Shown here: piece after piece, positions 26,882-36,602 of the stretch | Numbering within the stretch: the first letter of the stretch is position 1 | Layout: each line of letters starts with the position of its first letter | DNA from: an uncultured Geminicoccaceae bacterium | GTDB taxonomy: Bacteria; Pseudomonadota; Alphaproteobacteria; Geminicoccales; Geminicoccaceae | Length of the DNA stretch: 64,000 nt | NCBI GenBank assembly: GCA_964504655.1 | Contig: CAZDFD010000003.1 | Span: 11,979-75,978 of the forward strand | Direction: 5' to 3' | Translations under genes and position numbers: made by a program | The notes under the pieces: model-generated | The model's database searches: none | The model's input: the letters and a program-made list of their open reading frames with translations, nothing else | Told to the model about the DNA's origin: nothing

Positions 26882-28876
26882 TCAGAACGCCAGCCGGCCG
26901 CGCAGGCCGAGGAACGCCCCGAGGCCGGAGCCGCGATAGCCGAACGCCTCCTCGTAGTCCTGATCGAGCAGGTTCTGGACCCGACCGACGACCGCGAGCC
27001 CGGGCAGGAGCTCGTAGCTCGCAGCCGCGTCGACCAGCCAGAAATCGTCGAGCACACGCCGCCCCTGAGCGAAGGCCGGGGTGAACACGTTGTCCTCCTG
27101 GCTGCCGTTGTAGCGGGCGGCGAGATCGACCCGGAGGCGGGCCCGGCCGTCCCGGTCGGCGAGCGCCGACCAGGTGAGGCCGAGCGAGCCGACATGCCGG
27201 GGCCGCCGCGCGAGCTGATCGCCGTCCGGATCGTCGGTGTCGGTCAGGGTGTAGGCGGCGCGCAGCTCCAGCTCCCTGAGAAGCCTCGCCCGGGCGGCCA
27301 GCTCGAGCCCCTGGGTGTCCGTTCGACCCTCGAGGTTGACCGGCCGGAAATCGCCCGTGGCCGGGTCGAGCTCGCTGCCGACGAAGTCCTCGATCTCGTT
27401 GCGGAACACGCCGGCCGAGATCGTCAGCCGGCCGCCCAGGAGGCTCTGCTCGACGCCCGCGTCCCAGCCGGTCGACTGCTCCGGCTCGAGGTCGGGGTTG
27501 CCCTGGAAGTTGGCGAAGAAGCCGAACAACTCGACCAGCGTCGGGTTCTGGACGCCCCGTCCCCAGCTGGCGCGCAGCCGCGTGCCGGTCTCGGGGATCA
27601 CGTAGGACCCCGTGATCCGCGGCGACAGGAAGTCCTCGAACTGGTCGTTGACGTCGTAGCGCAGGCCGGCCGACAGGGTGAGGCGATCCAGGAACGTCAC
27701 GCGCCAGTCGGCGACGAGGCCGGTGTTGTTGATCGCCTCGAACTCGGCGAACGAGCTCCGGCCGTCGTCGCGCTGCCACTCGGCGATGAAGGTGAAGGCG
27801 TGGCTCGCCTGGACGAGCGTGGTCGTGTCGAGGAACAGGTTCGCCTGGTAGTCGAGGATCGTCCGGTCGGCGTCGAACTCGAAGGTCTTGTCGCCCCGAT
27901 CGAGCTGGTCGCTGCGGGTACTCAGCCCGGAGAAGCCGAGCGTGTGCTCGAGCCGGCCGTCGAGCGTGGCGAGCCTGGCCTGGGCGCGGCCGGAGACCGA
28001 CGAGCGTCGCTCGGCGAGGTCGGCGTCGGTCGGGATCAACAGCCCGTCGCGGGTGTCCGGGCCGAATTCGTCGTACTCGTTCTCGGCCTCGACCCAGCGG
28101 AGCGTGCCGCGCAGCTCGAGCGCCTCGAAGGGCCGCAGCCCGACATTGGCGTTGAGCGTGCCGTTCCAATAGCCGTCGTCCTCGCCGCCCCGGGAGGCGA
28201 TGTTGCTGCCGCCGGTGGTGAGCCCGCTGATCCCGACATAGCCGTCCACCCGCTCGTCGCCGGCACCCAGCGAGACGCCGCCGTCGAGCGTGCGGAACGA
28301 GCCGCCGGCACCGAACGCCTCGGCCTGCGGCCGGCCGCGGCCGCGCTTGGTCGTGATGCTGACCACGCCGCCGATCGTGTTCGAGCCGTAGAGCGTGGCC
28401 TGCGGGCCGCGCAGGATCTCGATCCGCTCGACATCGGCGGTGCGCAGGTCCTCGAAGCGGAAGAGGCCGGTCGAGGCGGGGTCGTTCATCTTGACCCCGT
28501 CGATCACCACGAGCGTGTGGTTGGCATCCGCGCCCCGGATCCGCACGTCCGTCAGCGATCCCATCGGCCCGCTCCGGTTGACCGCGAGCCCGGGCACCTC
28601 GCGCAGGACGTCCGAAACCAGCACCGCCTGGCGAGCCGCCAGGTCCTCGGCGGTGATCACGGTGAGCGCGCTGCCGACCGTCTCCGGGGCGGTCGGGAAG
28701 CGGGTCGCGGTGACGACCGTCGTCGGCAGCGCCGCGTCCTGCCCCGCCGCCGGCGCCGCCAGGACGACCGACACCGCGACGAGGAGCCGCCCCGCTCCCC
28801 GCCGCGCCACGCCCGCGAATCGAGCCGATTTCCGGCCGGGCGCGCCGCCCCGACCGACCTGCGCCTGTTCGACCAC
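26882..28876 (-). CDS. btuB: TonB-dependent outer-membrane receptor, probable cobalamin transporter
   Basis: TonB box TTVVTATR, plug domain (VPGLAV, IRGADANHTLVVIDG, IEILRGPQATLYGSN) and terminal aromatic ...RGRLAF. It lies directly downstream of a cobalamin riboswitch. GGAGG sits 10 nt before the GTG. Confidence 0.85.
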   Translation of the reverse strand: MVEQAQVGRGGAPGRKSARFAGVARRGAGRLLVAVSVVLAAPAAGQDAALPTTVVTATRFPTAPETVGSALTVITAEDLAARQAVLVSDVLREVPGLAVNRSGPMGSLTDVRIRGADANHTLVVIDGVKMNDPASTGLFRFEDLRTADVERIEILRGPQATLYGSNTIGGVVSITTKRGRGRPQAEAFGAGGSFRTLDGGVSLGAGDERVDGYVGISGLTTGGSNIASRGGEDDGYWNGTLNANVGLRPFEALELRGTLRWVEAENEYDEFGPDTRDGLLIPTDADLAERRSSVSGRAQARLATLDGRLEHTLGFSGLSTRSDQLDRGDKTFEFDADRTILDYQANLFLDTTTLVQASHAFTFIAEWQRDDGRSSFAEFEAINNTGLVADWRVTFLDRLTLSAGLRYDVNDQFEDFLSPRITGSYVIPETGTRLRASWGRGVQNPTLVELFGFFANFQGNPDLEPEQSTGWDAGVEQSLLGGRLTISAGVFRNEIEDFVGSELDPATGDFRPVNLEGRTDTQGLELAARARLLRELELRAAYTLTDTDDPDGDQLARRPRHVGSLGLTWSALADRDGRARLRVDLAARYNGSQEDNVFTPAFAQGRRVLDDFWLVDAAASYELLPGLAVVGRVQNLLDQDYEEAFGYRGSGLGAFLGLRGRLAF

Positions 28877-28974
28877 CCCTCGTGCGCCTCCAACCGCAGC
28901 TAAGGCCTGACCGAGCCGTCACCGCAGCGGAGATCCGCGCCCGCGACACACCCCGATCGCGAGCAGGGTGACGA

Positions 28975-29150
28975 TGGCGGCGGCAGGTCTCCTGGCTCGC
29001 GCGTCGCTGCCGCTCGGCCCTGCCTTCCCGGTTTCCCAGTGGCAGATGCGGGCCGTGGCTCGGCGCCTACAGTTGCGGGGGCAGCCACGGATTGGGCCCG
29101 AAGGCCGCACCGTGTTCCCTCTTTCCTCCCCTCTCGGGGAACCGTCGCCG
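28975..29150 (-). promoter_or_regulatory. cobalamin (B12) riboswitch
   Basis: The reverse complement reads ..AGAGGGAACACGGTGCGG..AATCCGTGGCTGCCCCCGCAACTGTAGGCG..CTGCCACTGGGAAACCGGGAAGGCAGG..GCGAGCCAGGAGACCTGCCGCC. This covers the conserved core blocks and the B12 box of the cobalamin riboswitch family (Rfam Cobalamin). Confidence 0.9.
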
Positions 29151-29309
29151 AGGCCGAGGCTGCACCCCGACGGCGGGACCGTCAAGCGCGATGGACAGGC
29201 GGCGCCGGCGGTCGTGCTGCGGCGGATCGCGCGGCAGCCGTACCGCTCGCGCGCTTCCTCCGGCCGCCCCGATCGGCCATGCTCCGCACCGTCCAGCCGG
29301 AGCCCCGCC

Positions 29310-30521
29310 TTGCCCGAGCCCGCCACCAGGCAGGCCGTCCTGCCGATCGTCCTGGCCGCTTGCGCCGTCGCCGTCGTCACCTTCGGCTCGCGCTCGGGCT
29401 TCGGGCTCTACCTCGAGCCGCTCACCCGCACGCAGGGCTTCTCGCGCGAGGCGTTCTCGATCGCGATCGGCATCCAGAACATCCTGTGGGGCATCGGCCA
29501 GCCGCTCGCGGGCGCGCTCGCCGACCGCTTCGGGACCACCCGCGTGCTGATCGGCGGGACGCTGGTCTTCGCCCTTGGGCTCGCCCTGATCGCGCTGGCC
29601 GACACGCCCTGGCTCTTGAACCTCTCGCTCGGCGTGCTCGTGGGCCTCGGCGGTGCCGGCGCCTCCTTCGGCATCGTCATGGCGGCCGCCGGCCGGCTCG
29701 TGCCGGACGACCGCCGCTCCTGGATGATGGGACTGGTGGTCGCGTCGAGCTCGCTCGGCCAGTTCCTCTACGGCTTCCTCAACCACGCGCTCATCAGCGC
29801 CTTCGGCTGGCAGACAGCGCTCGTCACGCTCGCGGCGATCCTGCTCCTGATCCTGCCGCTGGCACTGGTCTTCCGCGGCGAGGGCGGCGCGGTCGCCGGC
29901 GCCGCCGCGCAGTCGCTCGGCGAGGCGGTGCGCGAGGCGGTCGGCCACCGGAGCTTCCTTCTGCTCACCGCCGGCTTCTTCGTCTGCGGCTACCACGTGG
30001 CGTTCATCCAGACCCACCTGCCGCCCTACATCCTGGACGCCGGGGTGGCACCCTGGGTCGCCGCCGCCTCGATCGCGCTCGTGGGCCTGTTCAACATCGT
30101 CGGCTCCTACACCGCCGGGGTGCTCGGCGGACGCTGGAGCACGCGCTGGATCCTGGCCGCCATCTATCTCGGCCGGGCGGTCGTGATCGGGCTGTTCCTC
30201 TTGACCCCGCCGACCGCCACCACGACGCTCCTGTTCTCGGCCGCGATGGGGCTCCTCTGGCTCGCGACCGTGCCGCCGACCTCGGGCCTGGTCGCCCTGA
30301 TGTTCGGGCCGCGCTACATGGCGACTCTGTTCGGGCTCGTCTTCCTGAGCCACCAGGTGGGGGCACTCCTGGGCGTGTGGTTCGGCGGCTGGTGGTTCGA
30401 CGTCACGGGCTCCTACGGGCCAGTCTGGGCGACGATGATCCTCACCGGGATCCTGGCCGGGCTCGTCCACCTGCCGATCGTCGAGCGGCCGGTGGCCCGG
30501 CTGCGCCCGGCCGCGATCTGA
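29310..30521 (+). CDS. MFS transporter
   Basis: ORF 28968..30521 overlaps the riboswitch, so I trimmed it to in-frame TTG 29310 (GGAG 7 nt upstream). About 12 TM segments and the GALADRFGTTRVL loop motif. Confidence 0.72.
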   Translation: MPEPATRQAVLPIVLAACAVAVVTFGSRSGFGLYLEPLTRTQGFSREAFSIAIGIQNILWGIGQPLAGALADRFGTTRVLIGGTLVFALGLALIALADTPWLLNLSLGVLVGLGGAGASFGIVMAAAGRLVPDDRRSWMMGLVVASSSLGQFLYGFLNHALISAFGWQTALVTLAAILLLILPLALVFRGEGGAVAGAAAQSLGEAVREAVGHRSFLLLTAGFFVCGYHVAFIQTHLPPYILDAGVAPWVAAASIALVGLFNIVGSYTAGVLGGRWSTRWILAAIYLGRAVVIGLFLLTPPTATTTLLFSAAMGLLWLATVPPTSGLVALMFGPRYMATLFGLVFLSHQVGALLGVWFGGWWFDVTGSYGPVWATMILTGILAGLVHLPIVERPVARLRPAAI

Positions 30522-30523
30522 GG

Positions 30524-31429
30524 GTGGCCGGGCCCGCGGGCGAGCGGGGCGGCCCCGCGCTCACCGCCGCGGCGCTCGTCGCGGTCGCGGTCTGGGGCGG
30601 CTCGCCGGCCGCCACCAAGCTCGCCCTCGAGGCGGTGGCACCGGTCGACGTGGCGCTCCTGCGCACCCTGCTCGGCTGCCTCCTGGCCCTGCCGCTGGTG
30701 CTGCTGCTCCGCCTGCCCCTGCCGCGCGGCCGCCGCCAGTGGCGGCTGCTCGGGCTCTCCTCGGGCTGCGGCTTCCTGCTCTTCCCGCTGCTGTTCTCCT
30801 TCGGCCAGATCCGCACCTCGGCGACCCACGCCACCTTGATCCTGGCCTTCCTGCCGGTCTTGACCGCGCTCTACGCGCTCGCCTGGGACCGCCTTCGACC
30901 GAGCCCGCGGCTGGTGGCGGGCTGCCTCGTGGCGCTCGCCGGCGAGGCCGGCCTGGCGCTCTCGCGCGACGCCTCGGCCGGCGTCGGCGAGGCGAGCCTC
31001 GCGGGCGACCTCCTGGTGCTCGCCTCGGGCTGCGCCTCGGCCTTCGGCTACGTCGCCGGCGCGCGGCTCGCCCGAGAGGGCTATCCGAGCGCGGCCGTCA
31101 CCTTCTGGGGCATCGTGCTGGCGAGCCTCGTCCTGCTGCCGGTCGTGCCGGGCCTCCTCGGCCGGCTCGCCGCGGCGCCGGGGACCGCCCGGGCCTGGGC
31201 CGGGCTGCTCTATCTGGGCCTCGGCTCGACCGTGCTCGCCTACATTCTCTGGTACGGGGCGCTCGCCCGGGGCGGCATCACCAGGATCGGCCTGACCCAG
31301 TTCCTGCAGCCGGTGGCCGGGCTGCTACTGGCCGTGCTCCTGGTCGGCGAGACGATCGGCGCGGCGGTGCTCCTGGCCGGCCTCGTGATCCTCCTCGGCA
31401 CCGCGCTCGCCCGCGGCGGCACCGGCTGA
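30524..31429 (+). CDS. DMT-superfamily (EamA-like) transporter
   Basis: In-frame GTG 30524 within shadow ORF 29039..31429. 301 aa, 10 predicted TM segments in two EamA-like repeats (VAVWGGSPAATKLAL; STVLAYILWYGALARGG). Confidence 0.72.
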   Translation: MAGPAGERGGPALTAAALVAVAVWGGSPAATKLALEAVAPVDVALLRTLLGCLLALPLVLLLRLPLPRGRRQWRLLGLSSGCGFLLFPLLFSFGQIRTSATHATLILAFLPVLTALYALAWDRLRPSPRLVAGCLVALAGEAGLALSRDASAGVGEASLAGDLLVLASGCASAFGYVAGARLAREGYPSAAVTFWGIVLASLVLLPVVPGLLGRLAAAPGTARAWAGLLYLGLGSTVLAYILWYGALARGGITRIGLTQFLQPVAGLLLAVLLVGETIGAAVLLAGLVILLGTALARGGTG

Positions 31430-31439
31430 GCGCCCGCTC

Positions 31440-32342
31440 TCAGCCGGCGGCGAAGGGCGGCAGGCCGGCGCTCCACCGCTCCATCGCCTCGAGGCCGGCG
31501 GGCGTCGGCCGCTCGCACGGCTCACGATCGACCACGGGCCCGAGGCCGAGCCGACGCGCGGTGATCCGCTTGCCGTAGCAGACGAAGCGAGGCACCGACT
31601 GCATCAGGAACACGATCAGGGGCAGGATCGAGGCGTAGAGGCGGTCGGCCTCCTCGATCCGCCCGGCGCGGAAGGCCTCGTAGATCCGCACCTGCACGTC
31701 GAAGCATTCGGGCGCCGGGATCATGCCGGCGCAGCCGGCCCTGAGCACGTCGGTGAGCTCGAGCCCGGCGCGGCCGTTGAAGATCGCCACCTCGGGGCCG
31801 AGGAGCTCGTGCGTGCGGCCGATCTCGAGCGCCGAGGACTCGCCCTTGAGGAGCCGGAAGTTCGGGTGGTTGCGCCGCAGCGCCACGAGGCTCTCGTCGC
31901 CCAGGCCGACGCCGATGAACTGCGGCGCGTTCTGGATCGCGACCGGGATCGGTGCGGCGTCGGCGACCCGCCCGAAGAAGCGCAACAGCTCGCTCTCGGC
32001 GAGCGGCCGGGTCGGCGGCGGCTGCAGGATCACCCAGGCGGCCCCCAGATCGGCGGCCGCTTTGACGAACTCGATCTGGTCCTCGGCCGTCTGGCCGAAC
32101 ACGGTGATCGCCACGGGCAGCCGGCCGGCCACGTCCGCGAGGCACCATTCCATGACGCTGTGCCGCTCGGCGGGATCGAGCTTGGAGACCTCGGTGGCGA
32201 GCCCCAGAGCCGCGATCCCGTGCGCCCCGCCGCGGACGCAGGCCTCCACCTGGCGGCGCATCGCCTCCCGGTCGAGCCGCCCGTCCGGCCCGAACAGCGC
32301 GTAGAGGATCGGGTAGATGCCGTGGAACGCGCTCGCTGCCAT
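31440..32342 (-). CDS. dihydrodipicolinate synthase/N-acetylneuraminate lyase family aldolase
   Basis: 300 aa. YALFGPDGRLD, GAHGIAALGLATEVSKL and a conserved K in LLKGES. A class I aldolase family pattern. Confidence 0.8.
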   Translation of the reverse strand: MAASAFHGIYPILYALFGPDGRLDREAMRRQVEACVRGGAHGIAALGLATEVSKLDPAERHSVMEWCLADVAGRLPVAITVFGQTAEDQIEFVKAAADLGAAWVILQPPPTRPLAESELLRFFGRVADAAPIPVAIQNAPQFIGVGLGDESLVALRRNHPNFRLLKGESSALEIGRTHELLGPEVAIFNGRAGLELTDVLRAGCAGMIPAPECFDVQVRIYEAFRAGRIEEADRLYASILPLIVFLMQSVPRFVCYGKRITARRLGLGPVVDREPCERPTPAGLEAMERWSAGLPPFAAG

Positions 32343-32463
32343 GCCCGCCTCCGACCGACCGCGGCGAGGCTAGCGGCGGGCCGGCGCCGCGCCCAGCCAC
32401 ATCCCCGCTTGCGCCCCCTGCGCCGGCCGCTAGATAAGGAAAGCGTCAACAAGGGAGGGGACC

Positions 32464-33756
32464 ATGGCCGCAGAACGCGGGCTCAACGAGCTCTATACCC
32501 GCGATCCCGAGCGCGCCGACGCGCTCGTGTTCGGACGCCGCGGGGCCCTCAAGGGTGCGAGCCTCGCGGCGATGAGCGCCGCGCTCGGGGCCGCCATCCC
32601 CTTCGCCCGGCTGATGCCCGAGGGCTACCTTCCGGTGGCGCTCGCGCAGGAAGCCAAGCCCGTCTTCCCGGGCAAGCATCCGGGCCTCGTCCTCCTCGGC
32701 GACAAGCCCCTGGTGGCCGAGACCCCGGCGCATCTGCTCGACGACGCCGTGACACCCACCGACCGCCACTTCATCCGCAACAACGGCACGGTGCCCGACC
32801 CGGCGGCCGATCCGATGGCCTGGCGGATCAAGGTCGACGGCGAGGTCAACAGCCCGCTCGAGCTCGCGCTCGGCGAGCTCAAGAGCCGCTTCCCGCGGGT
32901 CGAGGGTCAGTTCATGCTGGAGTGCGGCGGCAACGGCCGCGCGATGTTCCAGCCCCCGGCCTCGGGCAACCAGTGGACCACCGGCGGCGCCGGCTGCGCC
33001 CGCTGGGCCGGGGTGCGCCTCAAGGACGTGCTGCAGGCGGCCGGGCTCAAGGGCAGCGCCGTCTACACCGCGCATTTCGGCGCCGATCCGCACCTCTCGG
33101 GCGATCCCACCAAGGTCCCGCTCTCGCGCGGCGTGCGGCTCGAGAAGGCGATGGACGAGACCAGCCTGATCGTCCTCGAGATGAACGGCGAGCCGCTGCC
33201 GCAGATCCATGGCGGGCCCGTCCGCCTGCTGTTCCCGGGCTGGTCCGGCTCGGCCAGCCAGAAATGGCTGACCCGCATCTGGATCCGCGACAGGGAGCAC
33301 GACGGCCAGGGCATGCGGGGGACGTCCTATCGGGTACCCACGGCGCCGATCGTTCCGGGCAGCCCGAGCAAGGGCGAGGGCTATCGCGTCCTCGAATCGA
33401 TGCCGGTGCGCTCGATCGTGACGAGCCCGGCGGACGGCACGAGGCTGCCCGCCGGCACCCGCGAGATCGCCGCCCGTGGCCATGCCTGGGCCGGCGATCT
33501 CGAGGTCCAGGAGGTCTGGACCACGATCGACTTCGGCGCCACCTGGCAGAAGGCGGAGCTCGACCGCCCGGTCAACCGCCACGCCTGGCAGCACTGGCGC
33601 CAGAAGATCGCGCTGCCGACCCACGGCTACTACGAGCTCTGGGTGCGCGCGGTCGACAGTCGCGGTCACAGCCAGACCTTCGCCGCGGCCAACTGGAACC
33701 CGAGCGGCTACGGCGGCAACGTCTATCATCGCATCGCGCTGTTGATCGAGGCCTGA
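32464..33756 (+). CDS. sorA: sulfite-oxidase-family molybdopterin oxidoreductase (sulfite dehydrogenase large subunit-like)
   Basis: Tat-like GRRGALKGASLAAM. HFIRNNG, and LECGGNGR carrying the Mo-ligand Cys. C-terminal dimerisation domain. Confidence 0.8.
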   Translation: MAAERGLNELYTRDPERADALVFGRRGALKGASLAAMSAALGAAIPFARLMPEGYLPVALAQEAKPVFPGKHPGLVLLGDKPLVAETPAHLLDDAVTPTDRHFIRNNGTVPDPAADPMAWRIKVDGEVNSPLELALGELKSRFPRVEGQFMLECGGNGRAMFQPPASGNQWTTGGAGCARWAGVRLKDVLQAAGLKGSAVYTAHFGADPHLSGDPTKVPLSRGVRLEKAMDETSLIVLEMNGEPLPQIHGGPVRLLFPGWSGSASQKWLTRIWIRDREHDGQGMRGTSYRVPTAPIVPGSPSKGEGYRVLESMPVRSIVTSPADGTRLPAGTREIAARGHAWAGDLEVQEVWTTIDFGATWQKAELDRPVNRHAWQHWRQKIALPTHGYYELWVRAVDSRGHSQTFAAANWNPSGYGGNVYHRIALLIEA

Positions 33757-34112
33757 TGCGGGGCGGCGCGGCGATCCTCGTGAGCCTCCTCCTCCTCGGC
33801 GCCGCCGCGGCCGCCGAGGAGGATCGGCTGGCCCACTTCCCCGAAGGACCGAACTGGGAACTCGTGGCGTCCTTCTGCACCGCCTGCCACTCCGGCCGGC
33901 TGATCGCGGCGCAGGGCATGAGCCGCGAGCGCTGGGACTCCACCCTGTCCTGGATGAGCGAGAACCACGGCATGCCGCCGCTCGAGGGCGAGTACCGCCA
34001 GATGTTCCTCGATTACCTGGCGTTCGCCTTCGGCGATCGCGGAGCCGGGGCGCCGCGAGCGCCGAGGCCGCCCGGACCGCCGCCGCGCAAGAACCCCTTC
34101 CTGCCCAACTGA
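33756..34112 (+). CDS. sorB: monohaem cytochrome c subunit (SorB-like)
   Basis: The ATG overlaps the sorA stop (TGATG). Signal peptide MRGGAAILVSLLLLGAAAAA and haem motif CTACH. Confidence 0.68.
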   Translation: MRGGAAILVSLLLLGAAAAAEEDRLAHFPEGPNWELVASFCTACHSGRLIAAQGMSRERWDSTLSWMSENHGMPPLEGEYRQMFLDYLAFAFGDRGAGAPRAPRPPGPPPRKNPFLPN

Positions 34113-34128
34113 AGGCGGCCGGCGGGGC

Positions 34129-34641
34129 TCAGGCGTGGCCGGGCCGGAGGGCACGCAGATGCCGCTCCTGCGCCGGCGTCTCGATGGCACCCGGGCGGGC
34201 GACGCGCACCCGCGCCACCGCCTGCTCGGGATCGAGCCCGAGCTCGATCAGGAGACGGGCCGCGACCGTGCCGCTCCGCCCGAGCCCGGCCCGGCAGTGG
34301 ATCGCGAGCCGGCGGCCGTGGCGCAGCTCCCCGGCGAGCCGCGGCCCGAGGTCCGCCCAGGCCGCCTCGAAGTCGGCGCCCGGCACCGCCAAATCGGCGA
34401 TCGGCGCGTGCCGGAAGGCCGTGCCGTGGGCCGCGCAGGCGCGGGCGAGCCGGCCGAGGTCGAGGCCGAGCCGGGCCGCCTCGCCGGGCTCGACCAGCGA
34501 CACCAGGACCGCGGCGCCGACCGCGGCCAGTTGCCGGGCGTGCACGTCCGGCGAGCCGGTGGGCGCGGGCAGGACCAGGATCGCCCCGGTCGCGGCGGGA
34601 GCCGCCTCGATCCACCGCCCGAGCAGCTCCGGCTCCCACAT
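34129..34641 (-). CDS. Cys-based protein/dual-specificity phosphatase (CX5R)
   Basis: GGGGAGGGG RBS. Active-site loop IHCRAGLGRSGT (HCxxGxxRS/T). 170 aa. Confidence 0.75.
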   Translation of the reverse strand: MWEPELLGRWIEAAPAATGAILVLPAPTGSPDVHARQLAAVGAAVLVSLVEPGEAARLGLDLGRLARACAAHGTAFRHAPIADLAVPGADFEAAWADLGPRLAGELRHGRRLAIHCRAGLGRSGTVAARLLIELGLDPEQAVARVRVARPGAIETPAQERHLRALRPGHA

Positions 34642-34769
34642 CGACCCCTCCCCGCTCGCGGCTCCGGCCGCGACCGGGCAGGCCCCGCATGCGCGCCGGC
34701 CCGGTGGCCTGCACGGCGCGCTTACTCTATGGCTCGCCCGGCGAGGAGTGTCCGCGGAGACAGGGCGTC

Positions 34770-35720
34770 ATGGCCGTTCATCTGGGTGCCGTCAGCAATC
34801 AGCAGCCCTTCGTGTTCGAGGAGCTCGAGCGGCGCGGCTTCGTGATCCACAAGGTGTTCCACGGCAAGGGCTGGCAGGACTGGGCGCGCGACCTGGCACC
34901 GCACGCGGCCGAGATCCGGGGCGTCCTCTCGGGCGGCATGACGGGGCTGCCCAAGGGCCTGATCGACGCCCTGCCCAGGCTCGAGCTCTGCTCGATCAAC
35001 GGCGTCGGCCTCGAGACCACCGACCTGCCCGCGGCCAAGGCCCGCGGGGTCGTGGTGACCACGACGCCCGTGCTGTTCGACGACGTGGCCGATCTGGCGA
35101 TCGTGCTCGGCATGGCGGCCTGCCGGCGGATCGCCGAGGGCGACCGCTTCGTGCGCGCCGGTCGCTGGCTGCAGGGACGGATGCCCGTCGGCCGGAGCTT
35201 CTGGGGCAAGCGCTACGGGATCCTGGGCCTCGGCCGGATCGGCCAGGCGGTGGCGCGCCGGCTCGAGGGCTTCGGCGGCACGATCGGCTATTTCGATCCC
35301 GTGCCCAAGACGGGGCTTTCCTGGCGGGCCCACGGCTCGGCCCTCGAGCTCGCCCGCGAGAGCGACATCCTCTTCCTCTGCGCCGCGGGCTCGCCGGGCG
35401 GCGGGGTGATCGTCGGCCGCGAGGTGCTCGCGGCCCTCGGACCCCAGGGCGTGTTCGTCAACATCGCCCGCGGCTGGCTCGTGGACGAGCCGGCGCTGGT
35501 CGAGCTCCTTGCCGGCGGCGGCCTCGGCGCGGCCGGCCTCGACGTGTTCGCCGACGAGCCGACCGTGCCCGAGCGTCTGCTCGGCCTCGACAACGTGGTC
35601 CTGACCCCGCACGTCGCGAGCTCGACCCAGGAGTGCATGCGGCGGATGGGCGAGTGCGTGCTCGCCAACGTCACCACCTGGTTCGCCGAGGGCCGTGCGG
35701 TCACACCCGTGGCGATGTGA
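34770..35720 (+). CDS. D-isomer-specific 2-hydroxyacid dehydrogenase
   Basis: Trimmed to MAVHLG. Carries GILGLGRIGQAVA, FVNIARG and DVFADEPTVP..LTPHVAS. Confidence 0.85.
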   Translation: MAVHLGAVSNQQPFVFEELERRGFVIHKVFHGKGWQDWARDLAPHAAEIRGVLSGGMTGLPKGLIDALPRLELCSINGVGLETTDLPAAKARGVVVTTTPVLFDDVADLAIVLGMAACRRIAEGDRFVRAGRWLQGRMPVGRSFWGKRYGILGLGRIGQAVARRLEGFGGTIGYFDPVPKTGLSWRAHGSALELARESDILFLCAAGSPGGGVIVGREVLAALGPQGVFVNIARGWLVDEPALVELLAGGGLGAAGLDVFADEPTVPERLLGLDNVVLTPHVASSTQECMRRMGECVLANVTTWFAEGRAVTPVAM

Positions 35721-35731
35721 GGGAGGCAGCC

Positions 35732-36550
35732 TTGCCCAAGGTCGTCATCACCGGCGCCGCCGGCTCGATCGGCGGCAAGCTCCGCCGCCACATGGAGGGC
35801 CTCGGCTGGCCGCTCGTCCTGCTCGACAAGGAGAGCGGGGGCGACCCGGCGATCGAGGCGGCCGATCTCTCCGTCTGGGACGCCGCCTGGGTCGATCGGC
35901 TCCGGGGCGCCGACGCGCTCCTCCTGCTCGCAGGCGTACCCTACCCCCACGCCTCCTGGGCCGAGCTCGTGCCCAACAACCTCGACCTCGTCGGCAACTG
36001 CCTCGAGGCCTGCGTGCAGTCCGGGGTCCGGCGGGTGGTCTTCGCCAGCTCGAACTGGGTGCTGGGCGGGCTGCGCTTCGAGGAGGGCCGGCTCGCCCCC
36101 GACACCACGCCGCATCCGGTCAACGGCTACGGCGCGTTCAAGCTCGTGGGCGAGCGGATGGGCAGGCTCTACGCCGAGCGCCGCGGCCTGTCGGTGGTCT
36201 GCTTCCGCATCGGCTACGCCCAGCGCGAGCCCGGCAACCGGCCGGGCCCGCACATGAACTGGGGCTTGTGGGGCCAGGCGATGTGGCTCTCCGACCGCGA
36301 CCTCTGCCAGGGCTTCGAGAAGGCCGTGCTGGCGCCGAACGATCTGCGCTTCGCCGTCTTGAACCTGATGAGCGCCAATCCGGGCATGCGCTGGGACCTC
36401 GAGCCCACCCGGCAGGCGATCGGCTACGTCCCCGAGGACGGTGCCGCACCCGTGTCCACCCCCGAGATCGCCCACGAGGAGGAGGTGAGCCGCGAGGGCT
36501 GGGCGGCCATGGAGCGGATCCGCGACTTCCTGATGCGCCGCCGCCGCTGA
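35732..36550 (+). CDS. NAD-dependent epimerase/dehydratase family protein
   Basis: TTG 35732 with a GGGAGG RBS. Carries VVITGAAGSIGGKL and YGAFK (YxxxK). Confidence 0.78.
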   Translation: MPKVVITGAAGSIGGKLRRHMEGLGWPLVLLDKESGGDPAIEAADLSVWDAAWVDRLRGADALLLLAGVPYPHASWAELVPNNLDLVGNCLEACVQSGVRRVVFASSNWVLGGLRFEEGRLAPDTTPHPVNGYGAFKLVGERMGRLYAERRGLSVVCFRIGYAQREPGNRPGPHMNWGLWGQAMWLSDRDLCQGFEKAVLAPNDLRFAVLNLMSANPGMRWDLEPTRQAIGYVPEDGAAPVSTPEIAHEEEVSREGWAAMERIRDFLMRRRR

Positions 36551-36602
36551 ACCGCGCCCGGCCGCGCCCCGTAGAGCAGGGCGACCGGGAGCGGAGGGAC
36601 GG

